From Balanoglossus misakiensis (Eukaryota; Animalia; Hemichordata), in assembly GCA_040954595.2 (NCBI GenBank), contig CM082583.2:12376987-12440986 (forward strand): 64,000 nt of DNA, read 5' to 3'. The notes under the pieces are model-generated. The model was not told the origin of the DNA. It did no database searches and saw nothing but the letters and a program-made list of their open reading frames with translations. Below are positions 1 through 14,035 of the stretch, one piece after another. The translations under genes were made by a program, and so were the position numbers. Every line of letters begins with the position of its first letter. Within the stretch, counting starts at the first letter, position 1.

Positions 1-3000
1 TGCGTGTAAGGGTTTGTATAGGCTTTGACGAGATCAGTCAGTATGTGTGGTTCTGGTATGCATGTGTAACAACAGCAGCTAGCTGAGTGCAATTATAATT
101 ATTATTTTTTGAACTGAAAAAAATGCACAATCAATTATTAAGTATGTGCCACAGTCCTGTGAGAGGTGTGAAATGCTTAATTGTGAGTGGTGAATTATAT
201 GGCCAACGACTTTGAAAAAAAAGTCTACAATGGGAGAAAGAAGTGTGACCGCTCATTACCTCTGATAATTAGTTCACACCCAACTTGACGTTGGTTGCCA
301 AGCAACAAAGACCGTACATAATGATGGGCTCGGTTACTCATCATGTCACGGCCTTTAGCGATGTAAACAGAGTTCCATGGACACTGCTGTGGTGCAACTG
401 CTTATTTTCCAATGTGTGCTTCTTACGTACTTTACAGAAACAGAGAGAGAAAATTAAAACTCTGTGGAGTGAGCGAAATCCCACAGGGTATTACATGGCC
501 AGGCAGCGGACCTTGTTAAAAGAAATGAGATTGGCAATCTCCGATGCCAAGTATGTAATTTGTTCTAATTCACGACTGTGCGTTCTAGGCCTCTGCATAA
601 TGATGAGAAGATAACGGTGATTCGAAACTAATCACTGGACTGAGCTTCATGCGTGTACCCGCGTACAGTGTTATTTCATTTCTACAGAGACAGATTTGAA
701 GGTTTGAGGCGATGATTTTAAGTGCACGATGAGGCGCTGAAGTGATAAAAGCAAACGGCCCAAATCGGAATGTTTCAACTCATCAACTTGTTACGCCCAG
801 AAGCTGGGCTTTGATCAGCCCTCGGGATGGTACCTAATGCAGGAAGAGATTCTGACTCATTTCTCCCCAAAGAGAGCGCAAATGACCTAACGTTAATTGT
901 TGTCCAATCAATCTGCAATAAACCATGCCCTCCCTACTCTCGTTCCAGAACCATCCCGTGATGACTGACGAAAAATCCACACTGTCCTGAATTGCTCCTG
1001 ACAAACACTCATTTCCTCGTCTCCCAGCCAAGGGCGATTTTTTAAGAGAAAATTGACAGCATTAATCTTCCGAGTCATTCTGGAAGACAAGCACACCCGC
1101 GTGTGTGTGCCACCATCGCTTCCAGAGTCAACATAATTCCACTTCCACTCCGGCAGCTGCCTTTCCATTACATCAATTTCATCCAGGAAGCGTTCATGCG
1201 ATCGAAAAATCACTGATCCGACACCCCCACTTCTTGCTTTTAGAGGAATGAACATTTCAGGGCCCCTAGCACCTTGCAAGATTAAAGTGACAGCGATGGC
1301 GACCTAACTACAAGAAAAATGATGTCTCGACGGCAAACACCTAGTGACTCAGGTTTGACAGAGCTAGTCTGTTTGCATATGAAGGGCAAACTCGCAGGTA
1401 CGGCCGATTGCCGTCTTATTTTCCAAATTTAAATGGCACCTGTAAATTGCCTCTCAAATTCACACACAGAGCTCAGTCTATCTCCAAGAGTTCAAGCAAA
1501 ATGTTACCAACATGATAGTCTGAAATTAACTGATAGGACATTTCCTGATGATTGCATTCAGCTTGACATCAAGAACATGTATCTAAGACGACAAGGTGCG
1601 TTCTACAGTCTTCAGTTGAAGAAAACACATCCACACCATTACAAAAATCCTCCCGTTGAGAATCTGTACAATATTGTACATTAAGAGAAAAAAAGGCCCA
1701 CCTAGGTAGTCGGCCAGCCATTTCTATGGCAACATATAACTAAACGCATTCTTTTGAAATGTGAAATACCGCATTTCAACTTAATCATGTTCACTATTCA
1801 GAAATGTAGCACACAAAATTTGACTCTGCAGACACGAGTCTCTTTTAGATTCCTTGAGGTTTAACAGTCGTATTTCCCTTTTTTCTTGCTCTCTGTCTCT
1901 CTCTCTGCACAACAGACAGCAAAAGGTTCAACATCCTACACTGCACTGACATTCTAAACAAGCAACGAATACACAGGAAAGCCAGTATCATGTCTCAGGG
2001 CAGTACTGTACGTCGGTGTGTGTAATGTGAACATGCTGCGATATAGAAAGGAGCTGAATATACACGGGTGAATAGGCACTGTGAAAAGGATCCTTCACCG
2101 CTGCTAATTCTATTCTGGTTTTGTAATAGTGGCCCCTACACACTCTCACAGTAACTCAGAGTGAATATCAAACTATGCTTTCTAGAGCACAGACTGAACT
2201 CCTAGTGATGCATGATGTGTATAAAACATGTACATGCCCAGTCAGCATTTTTGAGTTTAACTTCACCAAATCAAGAATTTTTATTTTCAAAATTGCCTCT
2301 TTTTTTTGTATTTCTTGGCAAGGTTGGTCAGAAAAAAAAGCAAAAGTTAAGAAGGAAAAAAACTCAGCATAATCATTGTAGATTTAGAGGTCTCACTATT
2401 ATCACACTTTTCACAGAGATAATAACAACTTAATGTCATGCTGTGATATCGGTTATTATCTGTGTTAGTCAGGATGTCTCTATTACCAGAATGGAAATTA
2501 CCAAACCACCTATGGGCGCAGAGCGTTGCACTCACAATTAAAACTAACTCACCTCGGTCAACTATTACCATGGCAACTAAAAACAAGCATTCGTCAAATT
2601 AGGGGGGAAAACAGCACTCATTTAGGACTTTATACTTGGATGTCCGACCTTGATGGGAGATGCTATCTGTCACGCTCAGAACAGTTATCTTGTCATCAGA
2701 CTAATTAGGGTGCTTCAGCTTTGACAGCGAGACAAAGTAAAAGGGAAATTGATCAAAAAGAGTTGACGAGTTCTTGATAGGCTGCAGGATAGGCAGTCAA
2801 CCATTTAAAAAACCCAGCACTGCAGCCTCAAGAGATTAATTTACTCTAAAAACTTTGTATTTATTTTCATAAATCACTACAGAACAGTCCACACTGCACA
2901 ATGAATCTCCCTCAGATCTGCACTTACTAAAATACACCGTGCAATATTGCCGGCAGACATTGCATTGTTGTTGATCATATTATAGATTGCAAGGAAACAT

Positions 3001-6000
3001 TCTTTTCCACCATGGATGGATGGATCATGCTGTTGAAATTTCAGATGTACATACGATGACCCCAGAAAAAAATCTTTCACACATCCAAAAACATTCTTCG
3101 ATGAGAACAAGTCTTGATTTGCAGAATTTTCTTGCCACACATTCTATGCACCAGTTGGCCCATAATGCACCAGTTGGCCCATTAACTGCATGTGCACAGA
3201 ACTGAAATCACGAGTGTTACGTACTGTCAGAAGCATCCATGTGCGACTTTGCCCTGTCGTCTGCCCATCAACTGTAAATATGCACGCAAGTCACCCAGTT
3301 TTCCAACTGAAAACCGCAAAATCTAATTGCCTGTGAAATATTTGACAACTGCACGGCTAAAATTGTCCATTAAAGTGAACAAGTAACCTTGCTGTCCCCC
3401 GTAAATGCAATCATCATCTCACTTACTCACTCATGGCTGAAGATACAAGCTTATAACAGTATTCTGTTTAATGTTCCTATTTGCATGTCACATCCTGACA
3501 TTAAAAGGGAGGCAATTTTTACAGCCTCGTCTGGTGTGTGTTCTGTGCCGTCTTGTCTACTCAGCAAATCTGCATTCTCTTATGAAACAAGATTTGAGAA
3601 TGTTCGTTCAGTGTTTTGATATCATGATAACCAAATGTAATCCTACCATTTGTTTTATTTCAGCGTTGGAGTAAATAATATTTATAAATATATAAATAAA
3701 TTTTCAGTTTTTTTTAAATTTTCAGTTCCGTAAAAGGTATTGTCTCACGAGAAAGTGAAAAAAGGCTGAATTCCCACTCCTAGCTACGACCGGAAGCTGA
3801 CAATATGTGCACACAACTACATGTATTTAACTGTGCTCTCACTTTCCGTCTTGTATAGCAGTCGCATCATTTTTCAACAAAAGGCATACAGAAAGAAAAA
3901 TATTTTTGTCACCTTGACTTCGTGAGCACATGAAAGGCCATTTACACACTCTATGTTGTAAGGGAGTATAATGTGTTACATTGAATATCTGGGGCCTTGA
4001 ACAAAAGCAGTTCTTCCCGGGAACTGGCCTTCCGAGCAACACTCTGTGTGGGTAACTCGCGGCCTTTTCTGTAACTATATAAATCCCATGTTTCTATCAT
4101 ATACACAGGAAGCGTAATAATACCTCTACTGGAACTTTTTTGTTTGCCTGCAGAAAGCATCTCTCCATTCCACGAGTGAGAGAAAATCAATACGCCCTAT
4201 ATTGCAGTACTTCAGTCACTTAAACACATATTAAAATCCTGTCAACTGAGCAGATATCATCTTGAAGAGTTGATTTTCTTCTTCTTCAGCGCGTTGATTT
4301 GAAAAGAGCAGGGGTCAAAAGTTGACGGATGCATGATGAGATATCTCAATACAACCACATTAATACTGAGTTACAGATCACATATCAATGTTAAAAGACA
4401 AATGAAATTTCTGCTGAAAAAAATTGCACACAAATGTGAGCCTGGAACAATTTATAATTTGGAGCCTTTGGCTATTTTTTTAAATGCTGAATTTCTACAT
4501 CCGAATTTACTTCCCCCAGGGGTACTGACTTGCGAGGATTAATATCGCAACAAGCCAGTGGCTCATTGCAATATTGTCTGAGGTGCAGAGAAATTACTCC
4601 CACTTTCATGAAAACTTAATGTGTGCAGGAAACCGATGAAACATTCATTTTGTAGTTGGTCATAAAACATGCCCTTTTTCGGCAAAATTGTGCCACAGTA
4701 TTATCTAGATCAAGGTAATGAAAATAACCTGTGGATGAATTTACACTTCACAGACTTGCGACTGAAATCACGGAATTTAAGAAAATTTACTCATACAGCT
4801 TCTGGGTGATATGGTTGCTTGTTCACACAACTCTTCACCCCAGCTCATCAATGCTGACTGCTATTTTTTCCAGTCTATTTAATTTCCGCCACTGCCATCT
4901 ATATAAAAAAAAATCCATGCAGACACTACTCGTACAAATACCCACAGTGTTTAGTAGACAGGTGGTCAGGTCAACTCGAGAAGAGTTTTCTTAAAACGGT
5001 ATCAATCTGTTCCACCTTCCCCAATCACTACACACTCTATTGATACAGCAAACATTTCATTTGTACGTGCACAAACAGTTATTTTCACACCTCCACAAAA
5101 ATCTGATGGATGCGAGTGCTATGGAATAAAATCCTGTCTCAGTAATGGTGAGCATTACTAATTATGACATCCAGGTGGCCAGCAGATCCGCCTAAGCTGT
5201 CATCTTCACATGAAAAATTTGTTCCATCAGCTTTCATAGCTCGAGGAAAGGCATATCTTTTTTCTACGTCAGTACTAAAGTACTAAAGCCACGCGACACA
5301 AAAAAGCAAACATGAGCTATTTACCTATTTTTTTTTCAATTTCATTTGAAGGCCTATTTCCATTACCTCTCAGACTCCGCCATACAATTTTATTACTCTT
5401 TTTATTGAGTCTTTTTACGTGGATGTATTTCATATTATATCCCATGATACCTTTGTCCTTCAATTTGGCTTTCGGTGGACAATAAAAGTAACCGACCATT
5501 TTATTTTATGACGTTTGCATGATTGTCTGTGTAATCAATTTCTAATCAGATGGTACAACATACTGGTATATATATATATTTATGGTGAAGGTTTATGATT
5601 GCAAAGAACTGCACGATTGTATGATGTAGTTTTCAATTGTATACTTTCTGATGTGCATGTTCAATGATCAACACATGTATGAAAGTGATGGATGCACAAT
5701 ATTGTCTCCACCCCGGGCGGCCTTAAAAGTTTCTTGCAAGAGGAAATGAGGGCACAGCATACGACAATTTGACAATGGTCGAGATATTAGTATCATCAAA
5801 ATGCAGTAAATGCAACGAAAGTGGGCGGTCATTCAACAGTTGACCTGAAGGTGATTCCAGGGCGGTATACCACCAAGGGTGCGGTAACGAGCAGATTCTA
5901 CTGTGAGCTGATAAAGAATGAACTGAAATGAAAGGTCAGTGCCAGGGTCGATTCCTGGTCGTCAGTGAGTTCAGGGAAAGGTGCAGTGCTGGTGTTAGTG

Positions 6001-6998
6001 TTTAACGCACCGACAGAAAATGGAATCTCGGTCGATGTGCGACCAAAAAGCTCGGCGGCATCTGAACGCCGAGAGTCAGAAAGAGATCGCACGTTCCTGG
6101 GCAGCTTAATCTTCAAGGACTTTTGGACAAATGGTTGCCTTGTCAAAAATCAATAACTGAATTGTGCTCGCTCACCAAACTATCAATATCTTAGGGTATT
6201 GCGAATTTACAATTCATGGTAGTGCATGACAGCCAGCTTTCCCGCTCTCTACATACCTGCCCAGACTTCGCAAAGCAACTTCCTTTTGCGTCATGTAACC
6301 TGCTTGCACGATTAAACGCACCTGACGAACATTAAATAAACTGTTTCTGAAACATTATCCAGGTAGTATATATCATATTCATTCTGCTACCGATCTCCAA
6401 GAGAAAAGAAAACCCATGTAACCAAGTGCGTAGCAATGTTGTCTTAACAAAGCAATGAGTGCTTGCTCAAACACCACCTTGTATTATGAGTTCCAGATAT
6501 CAGCTTACCACCGCAGTGGGTGTTGACATGATTGATAGAATCCGAGTGATTTCAAAAACAACTTCTCCACACAGCGGAAAACACCCCCAGGGCTTGGCCG
6601 AGCTATTACCCACTAGGACTTGCGTAACCCAATGCTTTGCCTTTCAAATGCATCCATTCTAGCAAGTCACGTAAATTCACCTCCTTCAAGAGTACCCCTT
6701 TCAATTTTATTTTCACAATTCACACAATCAGCACTTATAAGTACGCCCCTTGTAAACACTTATTCACCAAACCATGTTAATTAATACACACCATAATACC
6801 TGTTTAAACCAGACAGCAATTTTGCACCAAGGGAACTGTTCAGTTTGCAGAGTGTTCGGTTTATAGAGGTATTTCTCATGCTGTTCCTTACTCAGAAAGG
6901 TATTCTATCCTAGACAGTTTTCAGCTAACAATAAGGTCTGGTTCGAACAAATATTTGACCATTCATGATGAGCTTGAGTAATTAAACAAAAATCTTAC

Positions 6999-7739
6999 CG
7001 CATTGCTGCCTCTCTGTTGATCGACTCCGACCGCTGAGCTCGGCCTCTTGCACTTGCACCTGCACCACCACCCGTTGTCCTGTGCGTACGCGGTGAACAC
7101 AAGCATGGGCATGAAGGCCAGTGTCAGCCAGGCTTCCCAGACTTCAATCACCCCAGGGGACACCCATATAAGTGCCACCAACATCCACACATAGGCCCAC
7201 ATGGACCACGCAGCAGTCAACAGAAAAACGCCAAACTCACGAATCCTTTTGACTTCCGGTGACGGGACGCTCATGATACATATTGCAGTGATGACGAGTA
7301 AGTTGAAGGCGGCACTGCCAATAATGGTAAACGTGCCGAGAGCGTCTTCTTCTACAGTGCTGTTGAGTCGTTGCAACGACTCGACAACCGAGATCAGGAT
7401 CTCGGGCGCGCTGCTCCCAAGAGCCATCAGAGTCAAGTTGGCCACCGTTTCGTTCCACACCAAGATTTCACGTTCCACACGCTGTTTATTCTCCTCGTCC
7501 CAGCGCACCACAGTCTTCTTTTTGCTGGTTATAACTTCGATACTGCACATGAAAATATCGCTGATGATCGCCACGCCAACAAACAGGTAGATCATGGCCA
7601 CAAAGTAAAGCAGGCCTCGTAGCCATATTGCCCACAAATTCTCTGCAGGTAGCAGAAGTGGGCTGTCGCAGTATTGCTCATTTTCACCTAAAATCTCTAT
7701 CACGTAACCACGTGAATAATTGCTGTATACCCAACGCAT
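6999..7739 (-). CDS. NCX: Na+/Ca2+ exchanger (SLC8/NCX family), first coding exon (N-terminus to end of TM5); gene probably continues left of the window
   Basis: Translation has the alpha-1 repeat VWNETVANLTLMALGSSAPEIL, TIIGSAAFNLL and five hydrophobic segments. Acceptor ttgcag| at 7762-7763, ATG at 7739 in gcagccATG context with an in-frame TGA upstream, phase-0 donor GCG|GTAAGA at 6998. Confidence 0.95.
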
Positions 7740-9613
7740 GGCTGCTGAATTTCTTCAAACTCTGCAAGACAAGAACACAGAAACAGATCCATGAGCATGT
7801 TTGCTTAACAAAAATAACAGATCATAACATTCAACTGCCAAAAATCATTAATTTCACTTAAAAAAACACAGCTGTATTTCCACATAATCCACAGCTTTCT
7901 TTTAATCCTCTATGACTGATCAATCTTCCATTTAGTCAGTTTAGATTGTAAATTAATCTTAACATGGTTACGTTTGAATATCATTTCCAAAGCAATTCCT
8001 AATCAATTTTCATTTCTGATCTTTTACGCTTCCATGGTATTTGCAGAGTGCGACCAAACATATACAATAATATATCTTATCACAACAGTCCACTGCATTA
8101 ATTTTTATTCTGTAATAAACACAGAAATTATGCACGCATATCAATCATTATTTGCATATATATGGAACAAGTTTTCAATGGTGAAAAATAACGTTATCAA
8201 GCTTTACTGTATGAAACCATGTCAAAGACGTATACACATCTTGAAAGCGAACATCGACCTGATGTACGGTAAGGTAGAAAAATGCAAATCGGTGTGAGTT
8301 ATTTGATTTATTTCTCACTCGCGATCCAATTACTGGCATTGAATTTTCACTGATTAGATGTGTTTATTTCTGCGACAATATCCGATGATTGCATTGAGCG
8401 AAGGTCTACTACAAATGGCAATTAAAGTCATCGAATAATGCCAAGGTATCAATCGTATCAATAACGCCCAATTTTCGACAATGTTTCTCAGTGATTAGAT
8501 GCCATCTTTCATCCTTATCATTACAATCGCTTGTTCGACTTCGCCGTTGTAACGTAGATGTTTCCGTCGTGCAATGCGGACCCTTTCGACAATGCCGAAC
8601 AGGGTTTCAAATAATTTCCATAATGGAAGAAACATCATCATACATCACAAACAAGGGAACCGGCACCTGTCAGCAAAAACAGCCAATCACAGCACAGCCT
8701 GCAACAATATCAGCCAATTTGTAAAAAAGCGTTTGTTATTTTATCATTGCATCGATCAGTTTTTGCTTGCACACATTCAGCGATGCAAACAAACAAAAAA
8801 CACCAATGAATTCGGTCAACTTTTTTCAATTATTTCATAACCCTCAACATCATTAGCTCTGCAGCCAAGGCTTTTCATTAAATTTACATTGTTCGGCAAG
8901 ATTCAGTATCTTATATGGCTTTCCCTCCACAAATGCCCTTGCGTTCCTATATTGAAATTTTCTACTGAACACTATCAACAGCAGGCAATCTGTTGGATTG
9001 TGACTGTGAGCTTCAGATAGATGAACCTGCACAAAGTACAAAGTCCACAATAAATGCAGCCTACTTGAAGATGTGTGCAAAAGAGTCACTGGCTATCACC
9101 TTCAATTCTGACAACTTTCTAACTTCGGTCATCCTCTTTAAACTTTAAAACCGACTCTTGGCAAAAATCAATCAGCTTTAATAATGGACCAGTTCCTTCA
9201 GACCAATTCATTGCCATGCAGGCCCTTACTGAGGAATGTTTTAAAGAGAATGGGGCATTTCACCTGAAACTCAGCTTAATCATGAAAAATAAACTGTGAT
9301 ATTGATACGAAACTTGTATATGAAGATTATTGATCAATAATTATGAATAATCATTAATGGCGGACTTTGTACACCCACGTCACAATAGAAAAACAGCAGG
9401 AAAATGTCCATATATTGGCAACTGATTAGCTAGAGGCTGACAGTGTAGCAAAGTGTGGCAGATCCCATGATGTATTGCAACACAATCTGCTACATTTGCT
9501 ACACTGCCAGCTATTTACTTGTTTAGCTGTTTCTCAAGTTAAATTGCACCAGTAATAATATATGTACTCCCCCCGGGTTTAGCTCTGTTTAAACTGCTTT
9601 TTCTGCTTTTTAA

Positions 9614-9698
9614 CCCTTTCACCCCCAGTTCCCTATATAGAGGTCCAACCTTCCCATATAAAACAATGGGTTCGGACTAAACCATAGTGGTGAAAGGG
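9614..9698. mobile_element. 85-bp piggyBac-like MITE, copy 1
   Basis: TIR CCCTTTCACC...GGTGAAAGGG flanked by TTAA on both sides (9610-9613, 9699-9702). A second diverged copy lies at 32932-33016. Confidence 0.8.
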
Positions 9699-11541
9699 TT
9701 AAAGAAGACATGGATAACATCCAAAAAGGTCGTTCAAGCACACTAATCCTCGGATAAAAAGATCACGTGTCTGAGCTATTGACAAGGTTACCGCAAAAAC
9801 CACAAACATATATTTGTGTGAACGGCTGTTTCTCAATGATCCATCATTTGTATTCATTGGATCACACTTAAGTGACACAGAAATCTCAATTTCTCATTTA
9901 GACATTAATATTTCAATATCAACGCAAACTGTAAAAACTAAAGAAAACCGGCGTCAAAGTTAAAAGTAATATAGCAGCTACTTCAAAAGCGTAAGTAATA
10001 TTTAATTCACACAAAAAAAACTGTGGAATTTTTCCTTTGACAATACACTTTGACAGGGTTTTTTTTTTTTTTTTGCATTCAATACCCCAGCAGGAATGCA
10101 ATACAGCATTGGGAGAAATGTTCCTGGTCATTCACACAAGGACCATTAGGGGAAGTTTTACCTGGTCACGGTGTGAACTAGAAACCACTTCGAGTATTTA
10201 TGCTTGATTGTGTTTCGAATTAGAAATCCTGGCAAGCGTAGACGCCAAAAGAATTAGTGCGGTGTGGGAATTTGTATTCGTGACACCGGTCGGGTATTAA
10301 ACTGCAATCTGAGGATGTGAGTGGAATTCGTGTTGTCGACCAAGCGAAGGTGATTTTTGTCAAATTTGTGTACATGGAATGCTGCGCTTGTGAAATTGTT
10401 TTACTTCAAAAGGTTATAATATATGGATATTTAATATTCAATTTTAAACATTAGCTCCGCTAACTAATTATTGTGGTTAATGAGACAGAGTTGGGGGAAA
10501 TAAAGAATATTTAAAAATTTTGAGGAGAAAGCTGGGCGGGGCTCCAGACTTCAGGAGATCACGGAGACCGTTATATTAAAAAGAAGGGGGCGTTTCGGAC
10601 CGAACGGAGCAAATCCAATGAAAGTGTGTACGCCAGTACCCGTTACTTTCCGCTGAATCCCCGTGCTTTACCCGGTGTGCGATGCCTGTCTAAACTGGCG
10701 ACGTGAGGATATTTCGATTAATAAAAGCGGTTGTTTTGTGTATTAATAACACCGTTATCTAGACAGATGCAGATTGACACGCTCGAACAGCGCTCCGCTA
10801 TCGATACACTCACACTACCAGTACACCTGTGCCACGGGCAACGGTTTACGGAGTCAACGTGAATGAAACCATGTACTGCCCGGAGAAAGCGATCGAGAAA
10901 CACGGTCTCTGCTACATAATAAACAAACACGTACCTGTTCGAAGACGCAGACAGACGGGAATAATGTGCCCTTTCAAAGAATCGGAAATGTTGTTCTCAA
11001 AGATGTTTTCGCACTAAATCGTATTTGCGGAGTTGCCATCTTTATGGTAGGTTGTCATCACCCGGCCTACGAATAAAAACAATCGTATAGTGACATAGAA
11101 AACTTTCGATCCAGAGGAATATTAATGTCTCCATTATCCTATATTTTCCCTGGCATATCAATAGATATTACAGGCGTCTTCTACGATACAGATATATCCT
11201 CGTCTTCACTGAACTAGACCGATCAGAGCTCTCTGCTCCCGCGTTGATGAAACGCCGGGCGGCTGACTCAGTACGCTGTTCAGTTCACTCGATGCTCTCA
11301 CTTTAGACGGCACGATTGTTCTTTCTTGGCAAGGTATGTTCACGTCGCAATCTCCCTCATTAATAAAACATGCCCATAGTGCTATTATGATGAGCTTTAC
11401 AAAACATCGCCATTGGAAAATCAAACACACAGCTACGTTGTATCGCTTAGCAACAAGCCTTGTAATCAAAGCTTGCTGACGGCCCCGCCCACATATGTCA
11501 ACTTTCCCTGCTAATTTACATGATAAAAGTATCCATAGTAA

Positions 11542-11618
11542 TGACGTCACCACTGATACCTGGGCCAGAGAAACGTGGAAAACGGACGATGAACGGGAAC
11601 AGCGGGCGTATTTTTATA
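11542..11618 (-). promoter_or_regulatory. candidate promoter: TATAAAA plus full CRE, with nearby minus-strand donors
   Basis: Minus-strand TATAAAAA 11618-11611; TGACGTCA 11542-11549; donors CAG|GTATCA at 11559 and CAG|GTACGT at 10934; CpG-rich context. Confidence 0.35.
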
Positions 11619-13726
11619 CGTATTGATCATATTTGAAATAAAAACCGCAGCACACCCAAAAGACACAAACTATTCATATCTACTAAGGTTGTTTTTCTGA
11701 GACCTGACCGACAGGTCGTGTCTGGGTATTAGATGTTTTTCGCTTCTGCATTTGCCTTAGACCCATTAGAACTTACGTCACTGACTGTGCTAATCAGCGG
11801 GTGTCCCGTATCAGAAGATTTCGGTGTACCAGCTAATCCAGCCGCAAATTTGACGTTGGAAGTTGAATAGGCGGTCCTTTTCGAGCACCAACCGACTGCC
11901 TGTAGGCCTATACTACTATACATCGAACGATAATTCAGACAAGATATTTCTTAATCAGTCTGTAGTGCGCGTAACCAATTAATAATTCCTTTTGATTTCT
12001 TATCGATTCGTGCAAGTTAACGGTTTCCATTTGCCAAATTAATCGAAAAAAGTCACGTAACGCCGTCTCTTTTCTGTTATGACCGTATTATTATGAAGCA
12101 GGTCTCAGTTATTCAGTGAACAGAAGAATTGTAAGGTAGTTTTAAGTACGTCGTTTCCTTTCGCGCAAAATACTTTTACCCACAGCTAGCCTAGATTTAA
12201 ACCGAATACCATTCTTACAGTGTGTGTACATATCATTTTCAGATGATAGATCACCTGGGAAGACTACCAGAGAAGCGCTGTTGGTCGCCGGGTTCTGTGT
12301 TAATATGGGTATTTACTAGTCGTACATGATTGAATACCTGCGCTATTGCAAATACTTGTATTCATATCACAAAAGACACTCGTCAAAATCCATCAAACAT
12401 ATCCAAATATATGTATTAAGTTAGCTTTGCGCATGGTTTTCAGAAGTATATTAAATATGGCAAGTTCTTTGGCGCGCATGGTGGCGAGTCTTTTACCGTG
12501 CGGGCCAGGGTGCGATGTCCATTGTCAGGAGTTCAATGCGGACACAATAAACCTCGTTTATAGTCTGGAAAAGTGAAAATGGGATCCAGACCCGCGTCAG
12601 ATAAATTGGGTTACCAAACTGGGCCATTGTAAGGAACGGGGGCAAGCGATTTTCGCAATTATTCCGCCATTGTAAATTGGTTAACGCATGGTGGTACATG
12701 CTACTTCACACCATTCCTTGAATTTGAACTCTAAGTGAATAAAACGAAGTTACAATATGGGCTCTCATTAAAGTGTTCAAATAATCTTTTTCTTCACAAT
12801 CTTCGTTATCTTTCATATGTTTCTATGTGTATGTAGGTATGTAGGTCTATGATTCTGTATCTATTCAGCTGTATAGGTGTAGCATAACTCTAATGATATT
12901 CGATGATTACTCTATTAAACTATGTTTGAAAGACGTCCATCACAGACAAGGCCGTCAGCACATATCAGTGGCCTTCAATCTTTCTTAGATCGATCACGTT
13001 TCTTGGTTCAAATACAATGATTATCATGAGGTCGTAATTATGTGTTATTAGATCGTCGTTGTTGAAGTTTTGCGCCTCAAATTTAAAATGGCTATATTAC
13101 TAACAAATAAGACATCACCACTAACACCACCGCCAGAATCTCCTAGCTCGCGCCTTGGTCAATTAACTTTTATGCCAAGCTTGCAGTTGTAAAACCACGC
13201 ACAATTTCAGAACAGCCGACGCTTGTCAAACGATCCCAAGAATGAAAGCCGAACGCAGTGAAGTAAATGCATTCAGCGCGAGATACAAGCATCGGGTATA
13301 CCTTGATGGAGTTGCGTGCACTTGAGTTAACAGTTAATTAATACTGAACGACTGCATTTCGTACAACTCTATATTCCGGTAAATTGGAAAGCGTTGAAAT
13401 GCATTCTTAATACTGTCTTTTATATATAGACCTCTATAGCTCTGCACGCGTTTGCAATGAAATCGTCATTTCATATGAATACCCTTTTTTCATTTGCTAA
13501 AGAACACCTGGGGGTGGTTAGTTTTTTATTCTTCATGACGTTTCTTTATCCGCAGGTGTGTGCGACTGTGTTAAAATATGGAGCTGGTAACAGACAAAAA
13601 GCTTATTTTTTATCCTTATTTTGAACTGCGATTATATCTCTCATCGCGCCCATCAGCAGATACGCATTTCAATCTTCGTCGTGTGGGCTTGACCTGCGAG
13701 CACTGGTAACTATATGACATATTATA

Positions 13727-14035
13727 TTATACCAATATATTGATGGTGTAAATCACGCTATTTGATTGGTCGAGACACGACATGTGACCGTGATATATTA
13801 GCCATATACCACAGTCATATATCATAGTCAAAGAAAATGCCTTTTTAAAATGTTTTATGCAAAGTTTCAATATACTGCCATAATATAATAGCAATAAAAC
13901 ACCCCCAGCCATGGTATACCACTCGATTTTGACCAGTTCAACTCCATATACGCACTCGCTATCGCTCGTGCGTATATGTCGTGAACTGGTCAAAATCTCG
14001 TGGTATACCATGGCTGGGGGTGTTTTATTGCTTAA
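13727..14035. mobile_element. non-autonomous palindromic repeat with a 143-bp hairpin (Crypton-like assignment tentative)
   Basis: 13890-13940 is the reverse complement of 13982-14032 except for a 2-nt mismatch. Inner stem catatacgcac/gtgcgtatatg. Upstream gattggtcgagacacgacatgtgacc motif. Outer boundaries are approximate. Confidence 0.6.

Noticed and set aside
908-1279. 123-aa minus-strand ORF in the NCX intron
   Set aside because: No Calx-beta or exchanger motifs, TTG start, no convincing splice sites.
2547-2586. Strong minus-strand donor GAG|GTGAGT at 2552
   Set aside because: No matching acceptor with an NCX-like frame found; isolated donors are common by chance.
3146-3183. 19-bp tandem duplication tgcaccagttggcccataa
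   Set aside because: Only two units; ordinary slippage, not an array or CRISPR.
5898-6146. 82-aa minus-strand ORF as a possible next NCX exon
   Set aside because: No recognisable NCX sequence and no consensus acceptor/donor pair in phase 0.
7201-7622. Plus-strand ORFs overlapping the NCX exon
   Set aside because: Antisense shadows of the coding exon.
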